Assembly (NCBI GenBank): GCA_947259225.1
Contig: CAMYLK010000009.1
Location: forward strand, 17,599 to 81,598
Source: an uncultured Desulfobulbaceae bacterium
Lineage (GTDB): Bacteria > Desulfobacterota > Desulfobulbia > Desulfobulbales > Desulfobulbaceae
Length of the DNA: 64,000 nt
Direction of reading: 5' to 3'
Shown here: positions 57,164 to 64,000 of the stretch, one piece after another
Layout of the letters: each line of letters begins with the position of its first letter
Numbering within the stretch: position 1 is the first letter of the stretch
The notes under the pieces: model-generated
Databases searched by the model: none
Told to the model about the DNA's origin: nothing
What the model saw: only the letters and a program-made list of their open reading frames with translations
Made by a program: the position numbers and the translations under genes

Positions 57164-58042
57164 ATGAAAAAAATTCGTAAAGCAGTTATTCCGGTTGCCG
57201 GACTCGGCACCCGTTTTCTGCCGGCAACCAAAGCTATCCCCAAGGAGATGCTCACCATCGTTGACCGGCCGACAATCCAGTATATTGTAGAGGAAGTTGT
57301 TGCTTCAGGTATTGATGAAGTAGTTCTGATCACCAGTGAAGGTAAATCAGCCATTGAAAATCATTTCGACTACGATTTTCAGCTTGATACGGTGCTTAAT
57401 GAAAAGAATAAGTATCAGTTAAGAGAAGAACTCAACAATATCTCCAACCTCATTGATATTGTTTCCGTACGCCAGAAAAAACCCCTCGGTCTTGGCCATG
57501 CGATTTGGATGGCTCGAAATGTTATTGGTAACGAGCCATTCATGGTCCTGCTCGGTGACGATCTCGTGAGAAGTGAGATTCCATGCTGTAAACAGATGAT
57601 AGACCTGTATAACAATGTTCAGCAGTCAATAGTCGCTATTCAGAGAGTGCCGATGGACCAGACGAACCAATACGGAATAGTGGAAGGGAATCCGACTGAA
57701 TTTGAGAGGACCTATATGGTCGAGAATATGGTTGAAAAACCTGCTCCCGGTACATCAAAATCAGATATGGCGATCATCGGCCGATATCTACTTATGCCCG
57801 AGGTGTTCGACTTTCTTGAAAAAACCCAACCAGGGCATGGTGGTGAAATACAGTTGACTGATGCCCTTGTCCAGCTCGCCAATAAAGGTGGAATGTATGC
57901 CTACGAGTTTGAGGGAAACAGGTATGATGCCGGGGATAAACTGGGTTATCTGAAGGCAGTTGTTGACTTTGCCATGCAGCATCAGACACTGGGTGAATCA
58001 TTCAGAGAATTCATTTGCTCGGTCTGTGACGAGAGCGAATAA
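57164..58042 (+). CDS. galU: UTP--glucose-1-phosphate uridylyltransferase
   Basis: 292 aa. AVIPVAGLGTRFLPATKAIPKEML. Confidence 0.95.
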   Translation: MKKIRKAVIPVAGLGTRFLPATKAIPKEMLTIVDRPTIQYIVEEVVASGIDEVVLITSEGKSAIENHFDYDFQLDTVLNEKNKYQLREELNNISNLIDIVSVRQKKPLGLGHAIWMARNVIGNEPFMVLLGDDLVRSEIPCCKQMIDLYNNVQQSIVAIQRVPMDQTNQYGIVEGNPTEFERTYMVENMVEKPAPGTSKSDMAIIGRYLLMPEVFDFLEKTQPGHGGEIQLTDALVQLANKGGMYAYEFEGNRYDAGDKLGYLKAVVDFAMQHQTLGESFREFICSVCDESE

Positions 58043-58161
58043 CTTTTCCGGAAAATCTATTCTCTACCTTTGCATTCCATTTTACAATTTTCCAGTTATA
58101 TATGGGATGATCTGCCATAAAAAAGATTTTACGCGCTTCTAGAGAGCTTCCTGTCTGATAT

Positions 58162-60678
58162 ATGAAAATGTATGAAGTCGCTGTTATTGCTCCTCTTTTA
58201 AATACTCTTACCTATTCTGAGCCGGTTGATAACAGAGGTCAGCTCCAGCCAGGCCACCGAGTTCTTGTTCCTCTGGGCAGGAGGTTTATTACCGGATATA
58301 TACTTGGGCCTGTCGAAAGCAGGACTGAGGGAAATGGATACACCGTCAAGCCCATTTCTGAACTGCTTGACCCGGAACCTGTTTTTCCAACGGATCTCAT
58401 CCCTTTTTATCGCTGGATAGCAGATTATTACCATTATCCCATAGGTGAAGTAATTCGTACTGCTTTGCCCGGAGGCCTTACATCAGCAAGCGGTAAAAGG
58501 ATCCGACTGGTCTTGGAATGTCGTGAACAGGTCCTCCAGACCCTGCCAAAGTTGCAACTCAAAGACACGGCATGGATTGACCGGCTTCTTGATAAAGGTG
58601 AACTCTCGCCCTCATCTGTTTCTCTTCTTCTTAAACAAACCGCCAGCAGGAGCACTATCCATAAATGGGAGCGGAACGGGTGGATTTTGATCGAAAATGA
58701 GGTCAGCCGTAAGCAATTCAACGTAAAAACGCAGGTGCAGGTTTGCCTGTCGCGCGAACTTCAGGAGAAAGTTAAATTTCCCGGTCCGGATGGGAAAGAG
58801 CAGTTTCTTGAGTACTGCCGTAACTGTTTCTCCGGTTTAAAGAAAACGGAGCAGAAGACACTTTCCCTGATATATGAACATGAACAAATCGGAGAAGGTG
58901 ACATGCTCTTTAGGCCAGAGTTAACCCGTGTGTACTCAGGGGCTGGCAAGGCCCTGCTCAACCTTGAGAAAAGAGGGGCCCTTACCCTGGAGAAACGGCG
59001 GGTATACCGTGATCTTTTCGGCCAGGATCTCCCGTTTCATCCAGAGCCTGAGGTACTTACACCTGATCAACGGAATATTTTAAATAAATTATTCCCGGCC
59101 ATCGAAAACCGTTCGTTCCAGGCATACTTGTTGCACGGCATCACAGGCTGCGGCAAGACAGAAATCTATCTCAGGGCGACAGCAAAAACACTTGATGAGG
59201 GGAGATGCGTCCTGGTGCTGGTACCTGAGATTGCCCTGGCATCCCAACTGGAAGCTCATTTTTTTTCCAGGTTCGGTGACCGGCTTGCCCTCCTGCACAG
59301 CGGGCTTACAACAGGAGAACGTCATGATCAGTGGCAGCGCATCCTCACCGGTAAAGCTAAAATTGTCATAGGTGCCCGTTCTGCCGTTTTTGCTCCTTTT
59401 CCCGACCTGGGTCTTATAGTGGTCGACGAGGAACATGAACCTGCCTATAAACAGGAGGATGGCCTGCATTATAACGGGAGAGACCTTGCTGTTCTCAGGG
59501 GGAAATTCTCCAACTGTCCCGTACTGCTAGGTTCTGCAACACCTTCAATTACCAGTTATTATCACGGTAAGGCAGGGAAGTATGAATTGCTGGAAATGAA
59601 GCGACGTGTTCAAGATCAGCAGCTTCCCGAAGTCAGTATTGTCAATCTTGCCGAGGACAGAACTTCCCGTCCGGACTTGTATTTTTCAGATCAACTGACA
59701 AACGCATTGTGGGAAAACATGGAAAAAAGGCAGCAAAGCCTTCTGTTTGTTAACCGTCGTGGTTTTGCCAGTTTCATGATCTGCGATGATTGCGGACATA
59801 TAATCCAGTGTCGTCATTGCCATGTCTCCCTTACCATGCACCGCAGAGAGCAGAGATTGGTCTGTCATTACTGCGGATACAACACCACCACAAAGATAGT
59901 ATGTCCTCAATGCAGTTCAAAGCAAATGCGGGGTTTAGGGGTTGGCTCGGAACGGATAGAGGAAGAAGTGCGACAGATTCTCCCTCATGCTAGGGTTGCG
60001 CGTTTAGATAGCGATACAGCATCAAACAGGAGACATTTTCTCCAAACCATAAAATCTATGTACTCACAGGATGTGGATGTCCTTATCGGTACACAGATGA
60101 TAGCCAAGGGGCTTCATTTTCCAAATTTGACTCTCGTCGGAGTCGTGTGGGCTGACAGTGGACTCGGCATACCTGATTTTCGGGCTTCGGAAAGAACTTT
60201 TCAGCTTCTTGCACAGGTTACAGGCCGGGCCGGTCGCGGTGATCATCCGGGCAGGGTCATTATTCAAACCTACCATCCGGAACATTATTCAGTCCAATAT
60301 GCGAAGCAGCATGATTATGTGCAATTTTATAAACAGGAGATAGCTCTTCGGCATGGACTCCTCTATCCCCCTTTTTCAAGACTGGTCAATATCAGGCTCA
60401 GTTCAAAGGACGAGAAAATGGTCGAGAAATGTGCAAAGGCGGTAGCCGCCTTGCTAAGAAATAGTATAGATGCAAAATCCCCGTATGTAGAAGTTTTAGG
60501 ACCTGCCCCGGCCCCGCTTGTCCGTATTAAGGATCAGACACGATGGCAGGTGCTGATAAAAAGCAGCCAGGTATCAATACTGCATGAGCTTTGCAGGAAA
60601 CTGCAGGAAAGGTCCAGTAAAATATGTTCCGGCAAGGTTAAAATGACTGTGGATGTGGATCCGGAGAATATGATGTAG
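58162..60678 (+). CDS. priA: Primosomal replication-restart helicase PriA
   Basis: 838 aa. GITGCGKTE Walker A, VVDEEHE, and a Cys-rich zinc region CDDCG..CRHC..CHYCG..CPQC. Confidence 0.95.
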   Translation: MKMYEVAVIAPLLNTLTYSEPVDNRGQLQPGHRVLVPLGRRFITGYILGPVESRTEGNGYTVKPISELLDPEPVFPTDLIPFYRWIADYYHYPIGEVIRTALPGGLTSASGKRIRLVLECREQVLQTLPKLQLKDTAWIDRLLDKGELSPSSVSLLLKQTASRSTIHKWERNGWILIENEVSRKQFNVKTQVQVCLSRELQEKVKFPGPDGKEQFLEYCRNCFSGLKKTEQKTLSLIYEHEQIGEGDMLFRPELTRVYSGAGKALLNLEKRGALTLEKRRVYRDLFGQDLPFHPEPEVLTPDQRNILNKLFPAIENRSFQAYLLHGITGCGKTEIYLRATAKTLDEGRCVLVLVPEIALASQLEAHFFSRFGDRLALLHSGLTTGERHDQWQRILTGKAKIVIGARSAVFAPFPDLGLIVVDEEHEPAYKQEDGLHYNGRDLAVLRGKFSNCPVLLGSATPSITSYYHGKAGKYELLEMKRRVQDQQLPEVSIVNLAEDRTSRPDLYFSDQLTNALWENMEKRQQSLLFVNRRGFASFMICDDCGHIIQCRHCHVSLTMHRREQRLVCHYCGYNTTTKIVCPQCSSKQMRGLGVGSERIEEEVRQILPHARVARLDSDTASNRRHFLQTIKSMYSQDVDVLIGTQMIAKGLHFPNLTLVGVVWADSGLGIPDFRASERTFQLLAQVTGRAGRGDHPGRVIIQTYHPEHYSVQYAKQHDYVQFYKQEIALRHGLLYPPFSRLVNIRLSSKDEKMVEKCAKAVAALLRNSIDAKSPYVEVLGPAPAPLVRIKDQTRWQVLIKSSQVSILHELCRKLQERSSKICSGKVKMTVDVDPENMM

Positions 60679-60696
60679 GGAGAATCAAAAAGGAGA

Positions 60697-60732
60697 CCCC
60701 GGCGGGCAAAAGGAGGGGGGAACCCGCCGGGG
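60697..60732. terminator. GC-rich hairpin between convergent priA and the zraP-like gene
   Basis: Perfect 10-bp stem CCCCGGCGGG / CCCGCCGGGG with a 16-nt loop. On the minus strand it is followed by TCTCCTTTTT. Confidence 0.5.
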
Positions 60733-60784
60733 TTGAAGGAGGAGGAAAATTTTTTGTTACTTGCAGTACGTGTTACTTTCTTTG

Positions 60785-61279
60785 TTAAAGTTGTTTCTGA
60801 TTATATCCGCCAGGACCATTACATCCGCGTCCCGACCCGCGGCCATATCCCATACCAGGTCCACGTCCATATCCCATGCCTCTGAACCCTGCATTTTCGA
60901 TACCGCTTTCTTCCACTTTGGATCTTAACTGTTCATTTATGTCGAAAATTTCACTGGTCAGCTGGGCGACCCGTTTGGCATCAGGGTTATCACTGATCAT
61001 GAGTGCTTTCTTTTCAGCCCTCTTGGTTGCCATGTCTTTACGTAACTGAACTGTGTCGGTCATAAATTTGTCTTGTGCCTTCTGAGATTCTTCAGTCAGC
61101 GGCTGACGACCATACCCATAAGCACCATAACCACCGCAATCTTCACATTGAGGACCGCCCAAGCCATATGAACCGCCTCCGCGGGGACCGGCTCCGGCAG
61201 TTTGCATGCCGGCGAGGGCAACTGCACCAATCAGGGCAAGTCCCAGTATGATTTTCTTTTTGTTGCCATTCATTTTCAT
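60785..61279 (-). CDS. Periplasmic Spy/CpxP/ZraP-family stress or metal chaperone with Gly-rich termini
   Basis: 164 aa with a signal peptide. LTEESQ (LTxxQ) motif, helical core, and GYGRGPGMGYGRGSGRG tails. Confidence 0.65.
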   Translation of the reverse strand: MKMNGNKKKIILGLALIGAVALAGMQTAGAGPRGGGSYGLGGPQCEDCGGYGAYGYGRQPLTEESQKAQDKFMTDTVQLRKDMATKRAEKKALMISDNPDAKRVAQLTSEIFDINEQLRSKVEESGIENAGFRGMGYGRGPGMGYGRGSGRGCNGPGGYNQKQL

Positions 61280-61328
61280 TGTAATTTCTCCTTAAATAAA
61301 GGGTTTGTGTTTGCCTTTACTCTCTATT

Positions 61329-61345
61329 AGCGAATACTGTGCCAG
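61329..61345 (-). promoter_or_regulatory. Sigma-54 (-24/-12) promoter of the zraP-like gene
   Basis: Minus strand CTGGCAC-AGTAT-TCGCT. GG and GC have canonical spacing (TGGCAC-N5-TTGC consensus, one mismatch), ~50 nt upstream of the ATG. Confidence 0.65.
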
Positions 61346-61474
61346 AAAATATTGTCGAGCTTTAACTTGTTTGATTTATTGTAAAAATATTAACGAGAAG
61401 TCGTTTGTTGAAGAAAAATAGACAAAATGATGTGTATGGGCTGTATAAAAAGTATCCACTACAAAACTCCAGGT

Positions 61475-61489
61475 GTGTAAACTTTACAC
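61475..61489. promoter_or_regulatory. Perfect 15-bp palindrome, candidate enhancer-binding-protein site
   Basis: GTGTAAA-C-TTTACAC, ~130 bp upstream of the -24 element and within the divergent intergenic region. Confidence 0.4.
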
Positions 61490-61599
61490 ATTCATGCTTT
61501 CAACCTTTACTTTTTTTTCTCGTAAATCCTGGGTGTTTCTAGTAATTGGCCCTAAGTAATGCTTCCGGAGCGTTTTTTGCAAAGTAGGAATTGTAAAGG

Positions 61600-63474
61600 A
61601 TGATTATGATGAGAATTTTTTCACGACCACAACTTTTTTATGTTTCCCCATGGCTGTTGGCAGCTGCAACAGGTCTTCTGGTGCTTATTGTGGTTACGTT
61701 TACGTTAAATAATGTCCAACGAGAAAAGTATCTCATGAAGCAGGCATTGATCCAGAAAGCCGACACTATAATAAGGGTTGTCCACTCCGGTGCGAGGTCT
61801 TCTTATTTCTCAGACGTGCGAAAGGGTATCTGGAGTACGGAACCATGGAATGAGTATGCGCAACGAGTTGTAGATCATGTCGCCGAGGACCCCAGTATCA
61901 AATTTCTTGCTGTTGTGAATGAATCCGGCACCATCGAGATTCACAGCAACCAGGCTGAAATAGGTGGAACTCTCGATTTCACTTTGCCTGAAATACCTAA
62001 GGGGCCACAGCCCAAAGGCCCCCCTGTTATATCGCATCGCATAATTGAAAAGAGCCTGGAAGGCAGAACTTTTGCGGCGGTTCGACTTTTTTTCCCCTAT
62101 CTTTCCTTATCAAGGTCCATGTCTCAAAACCGGCAGGGAAGAATGCGCAGAATGCATAAGTCTGGAGGTATGATGCTTCCACGGCGGCTTGAAGAAAAGG
62201 GCCGGGTTGAGGAACACGCAGGCCTGCATAAAAAGTATTTCATTGTAGTCGGTCTTGACATGAGCGCCTTTGATGATTCTCTTCGTCGCCAGAAACTCCA
62301 GGGGCTCATTCTGTCTATTACCATGCTTCTGGTCGGCATAGGCGGTTGGCTTTCTCTTTCAGCCGTGCAGGGTTTCAGGATATCGCAGAAAACGCTCAGT
62401 GAGATGAAGGCTTTTACAGGTCTTCTCGTGGCAAAACTCCCCGTGGGGATAATAGCGACAGACCAGCAGGGGAGAATTACAACATGGAATACCGCTGCAT
62501 CTGAGATGACAGGAATCAGGGAAGAAGATGCTTCCGGTAAACAGCCTGAGAATATATTACCGGATGAATTTTCCGTTTTTTTTACGAAGCGTGACCAGGA
62601 TATGGAGAAAATTGACAACAGGCAGGGAAGGGAAAAGGAAATCTCAGTCACCTTGAATACAAAACTTCAGAATTTTCTATGCCATATCAATGCAGTCCAG
62701 GATGATGAGATGGAATACAAGGGTCAGGTTCTCCTCATATCCAACCTTACCCAGTTAAAGGCGCTGGAAAAAGAAATGCGGGAGCATGAACGCCTGGCTG
62801 CTGTTGGCAGGATGGCTGCGGGAGTTGCCCATGAAGTTCGCAATCCCCTCAGTTCCATAAAAGGACTCGCCCTTCTGTTAAAGGGGAAATTTGAGACCGA
62901 CAGCCGTGAGAGCGAAACCGCTGCCTTATTGATACAGGAAGTTGAAAGGATGAATCGAACTGTATCAGAGTTGCTCAGTTTCGCCCGCCCGGCATCACTG
63001 GAACTGAAAGAAGTCTCTCTTAAGGACCTTCTGGATGAAAACATACGGCTGGTCTCGTCGGATGCGCAAAGCGGCAATGTGACAATTGACCTGAGGGCCG
63101 GGAGCAACCTGAAAAGTGTTCTGGCTGATAGGGACAGATTGAACCAGGTCTTTATAAACCTCCTGCTCAATGCCCTGCAGTCAATGGATAAGGGAGGCAA
63201 GTTGTCCGTACGGGCTGAAAACAGTGAATCCGGCAGCTCCGTAATCATACACATCCGCGATACAGGATGCGGAATTGCCCCGGAGAATATGGAACAACTA
63301 TTTTACCCGTATTTCACAACCAAGGATGGCGGGACAGGAATCGGGCTGGCAATATCTCAGAAGATCATCAGTGATCATGGTGGATCAATTAAAATTGACA
63401 GTGTCCCGGATCGGGGGACTAGTGTAACGGTTGAAATGCCTGCATATGTGGAACTCAATGGCAGCAGCGATTAA
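61600..63474 (+). CDS. Sensor histidine kinase (NtrB/ZraS-type: periplasmic sensor, PAS, HisKA, HATPase_c)
   Basis: 624 aa. Two TM segments flank a ~190-aa periplasmic domain. PAS (GIIATDQQGRITTWN), H-box AHEVRNPLSSI, N/G boxes (LLLNALQS, DTGCGI, GGTGIGL). Confidence 0.88.
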   Translation: MIMMRIFSRPQLFYVSPWLLAAATGLLVLIVVTFTLNNVQREKYLMKQALIQKADTIIRVVHSGARSSYFSDVRKGIWSTEPWNEYAQRVVDHVAEDPSIKFLAVVNESGTIEIHSNQAEIGGTLDFTLPEIPKGPQPKGPPVISHRIIEKSLEGRTFAAVRLFFPYLSLSRSMSQNRQGRMRRMHKSGGMMLPRRLEEKGRVEEHAGLHKKYFIVVGLDMSAFDDSLRRQKLQGLILSITMLLVGIGGWLSLSAVQGFRISQKTLSEMKAFTGLLVAKLPVGIIATDQQGRITTWNTAASEMTGIREEDASGKQPENILPDEFSVFFTKRDQDMEKIDNRQGREKEISVTLNTKLQNFLCHINAVQDDEMEYKGQVLLISNLTQLKALEKEMREHERLAAVGRMAAGVAHEVRNPLSSIKGLALLLKGKFETDSRESETAALLIQEVERMNRTVSELLSFARPASLELKEVSLKDLLDENIRLVSSDAQSGNVTIDLRAGSNLKSVLADRDRLNQVFINLLLNALQSMDKGGKLSVRAENSESGSSVIIHIRDTGCGIAPENMEQLFYPYFTTKDGGTGIGLAISQKIISDHGGSIKIDSVPDRGTSVTVEMPAYVELNGSSD

Positions 63475-63678
63475 CTAACGGCTGCATTTTGAGGATATTT
63501 CGGTAAAATTATTGTTCAGGAACTCGCATTCGCGTGGAGTCAGGTCAAAACGAAGCTCAGCCTCCTTGATTACCGCATCCCGTTTTTTGTCAGGAGAGTT
63601 CTGTACCGTCTCACTTATCCAGCAGACAGCCTTTTTCAGGTTCGTTGATAAACCCTGTACATATTGAGTGTCACCCAT
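63475..63678 (-). CDS. Small hypothetical protein (67 aa)
   Basis: ATG 63678 is preceded by AAGGAG. MGDTQYVQGLSTNLKKAVCWISETV...LRFDLTPRECEFL. The longer 128-aa track ORF upstream looks non-coding. Confidence 0.45.
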   Translation of the reverse strand: MGDTQYVQGLSTNLKKAVCWISETVQNSPDKKRDAVIKEAELRFDLTPRECEFLNNNFTEISSKCSR

Positions 63679-64000
63679 AATGCTCCTTAAAATAGAAAAA
63701 AGGATGTATTGTTTTTCTATTAAACATTTGTTTACTATACCAACAAATCGCATGTAAGAATATATTTCTTTTCCCGCTCCAGGTTTTCGAACACCATTCA
63801 TCTCGTCGCCAAATACAAAATTGTAAATAAATAGGATTTTTTTCCTGCGATTCCTTCTCATTTATTTTTTTTTGTGATACAAGTATACCACAATGTATCT
63901 CATGTATGGTTTTGCTGATTATGTAATACCCTGAAATTAAAACGAAAGGTAACCAAGTACAAGATGTCAAGTAATCTCAAGTTTGTTTTGCGTGTAGTTG

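Noticed and set aside
61540-61560. Sigma-54-like TTGGCCC-N-AATGC upstream of the histidine kinase gene
   Set aside because: The GG-to-GC spacing is one nucleotide too long and the -12 element is poor.
63679-63861. N-terminal 61 codons of the 128-aa minus-strand ORF
   Set aside because: The sequence is low-complexity and AT-rich (MRRNRRKKILFIYNF...). An internal ATG with a strong AAGGAG RBS starts the conserved-looking part, so the CDS was trimmed to 63475..63678.

Overview
This 64 kb window is mostly a syntenic housekeeping core. By gene content it looks like an anaerobic Desulfobacterota/deltaproteobacterium-type genome, but that assignment is an inference. Core genes called include glgB, rsmA, tsaD, pheA, hup, tRNA-Pro, ileS-lspA, fabD, ffh, the rpsP-KH-rimM-trmD-rplS-rnhB-yraN block, pdxA, tmk, trpB2, dacB, hrpA, galU and priA. 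No CRISPR array, transposase, integrase or phage module was seen. The unusual material lies between about 36.5 and 52.1 kb. (1) A 1603-aa secreted protein has 13 CxxCH haem motifs in its N-terminal 660 aa. These are followed by two tandem ~210-aa Ig-like modules and a C-terminal parallel beta-helix of ~500 aa. (2) Directly downstream of that gene lies a decayed ~0.9 kb copy of its promoter, leader and 5' end. (3) Two genes appear split or truncated in the ORF track only because of an in-frame TGA at a redox-active-site position, so I read them as selenoproteins. One is a three-rhodanese lipoprotein with the TGA in the active-site loop and a GGUCU-loop hairpin at SECIS distance. The other is an 85-aa glutaredoxin-like protein with a U-P-R-C motif. 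(4) A three-gene operon encodes a monohaem cytochrome c, a rhodanese fused to a rubrerythrin-like diiron domain, and a flavoprotein of the type found fused to SelD. A dodecin gene sits next to it. Together these suggest an uncharacterised sulfur/selenium redox-trafficking locus beside a candidate extracellular electron-transfer protein. Smaller observations are a three-Cys LarE-like sulfur transferase next to a COG1900 homocysteine-synthesis gene, a cysteine-less TSCPD-like protein divergent from cobO, a Pat-like domain set split over two genes, and a sigma-54 promoter with an upstream palindrome for a ZraP/Spy-like gene beside a sensor kinase that has no adjacent response regulator. All family assignments come from motif recognition by eye and need HMM or BLAST confirmation.
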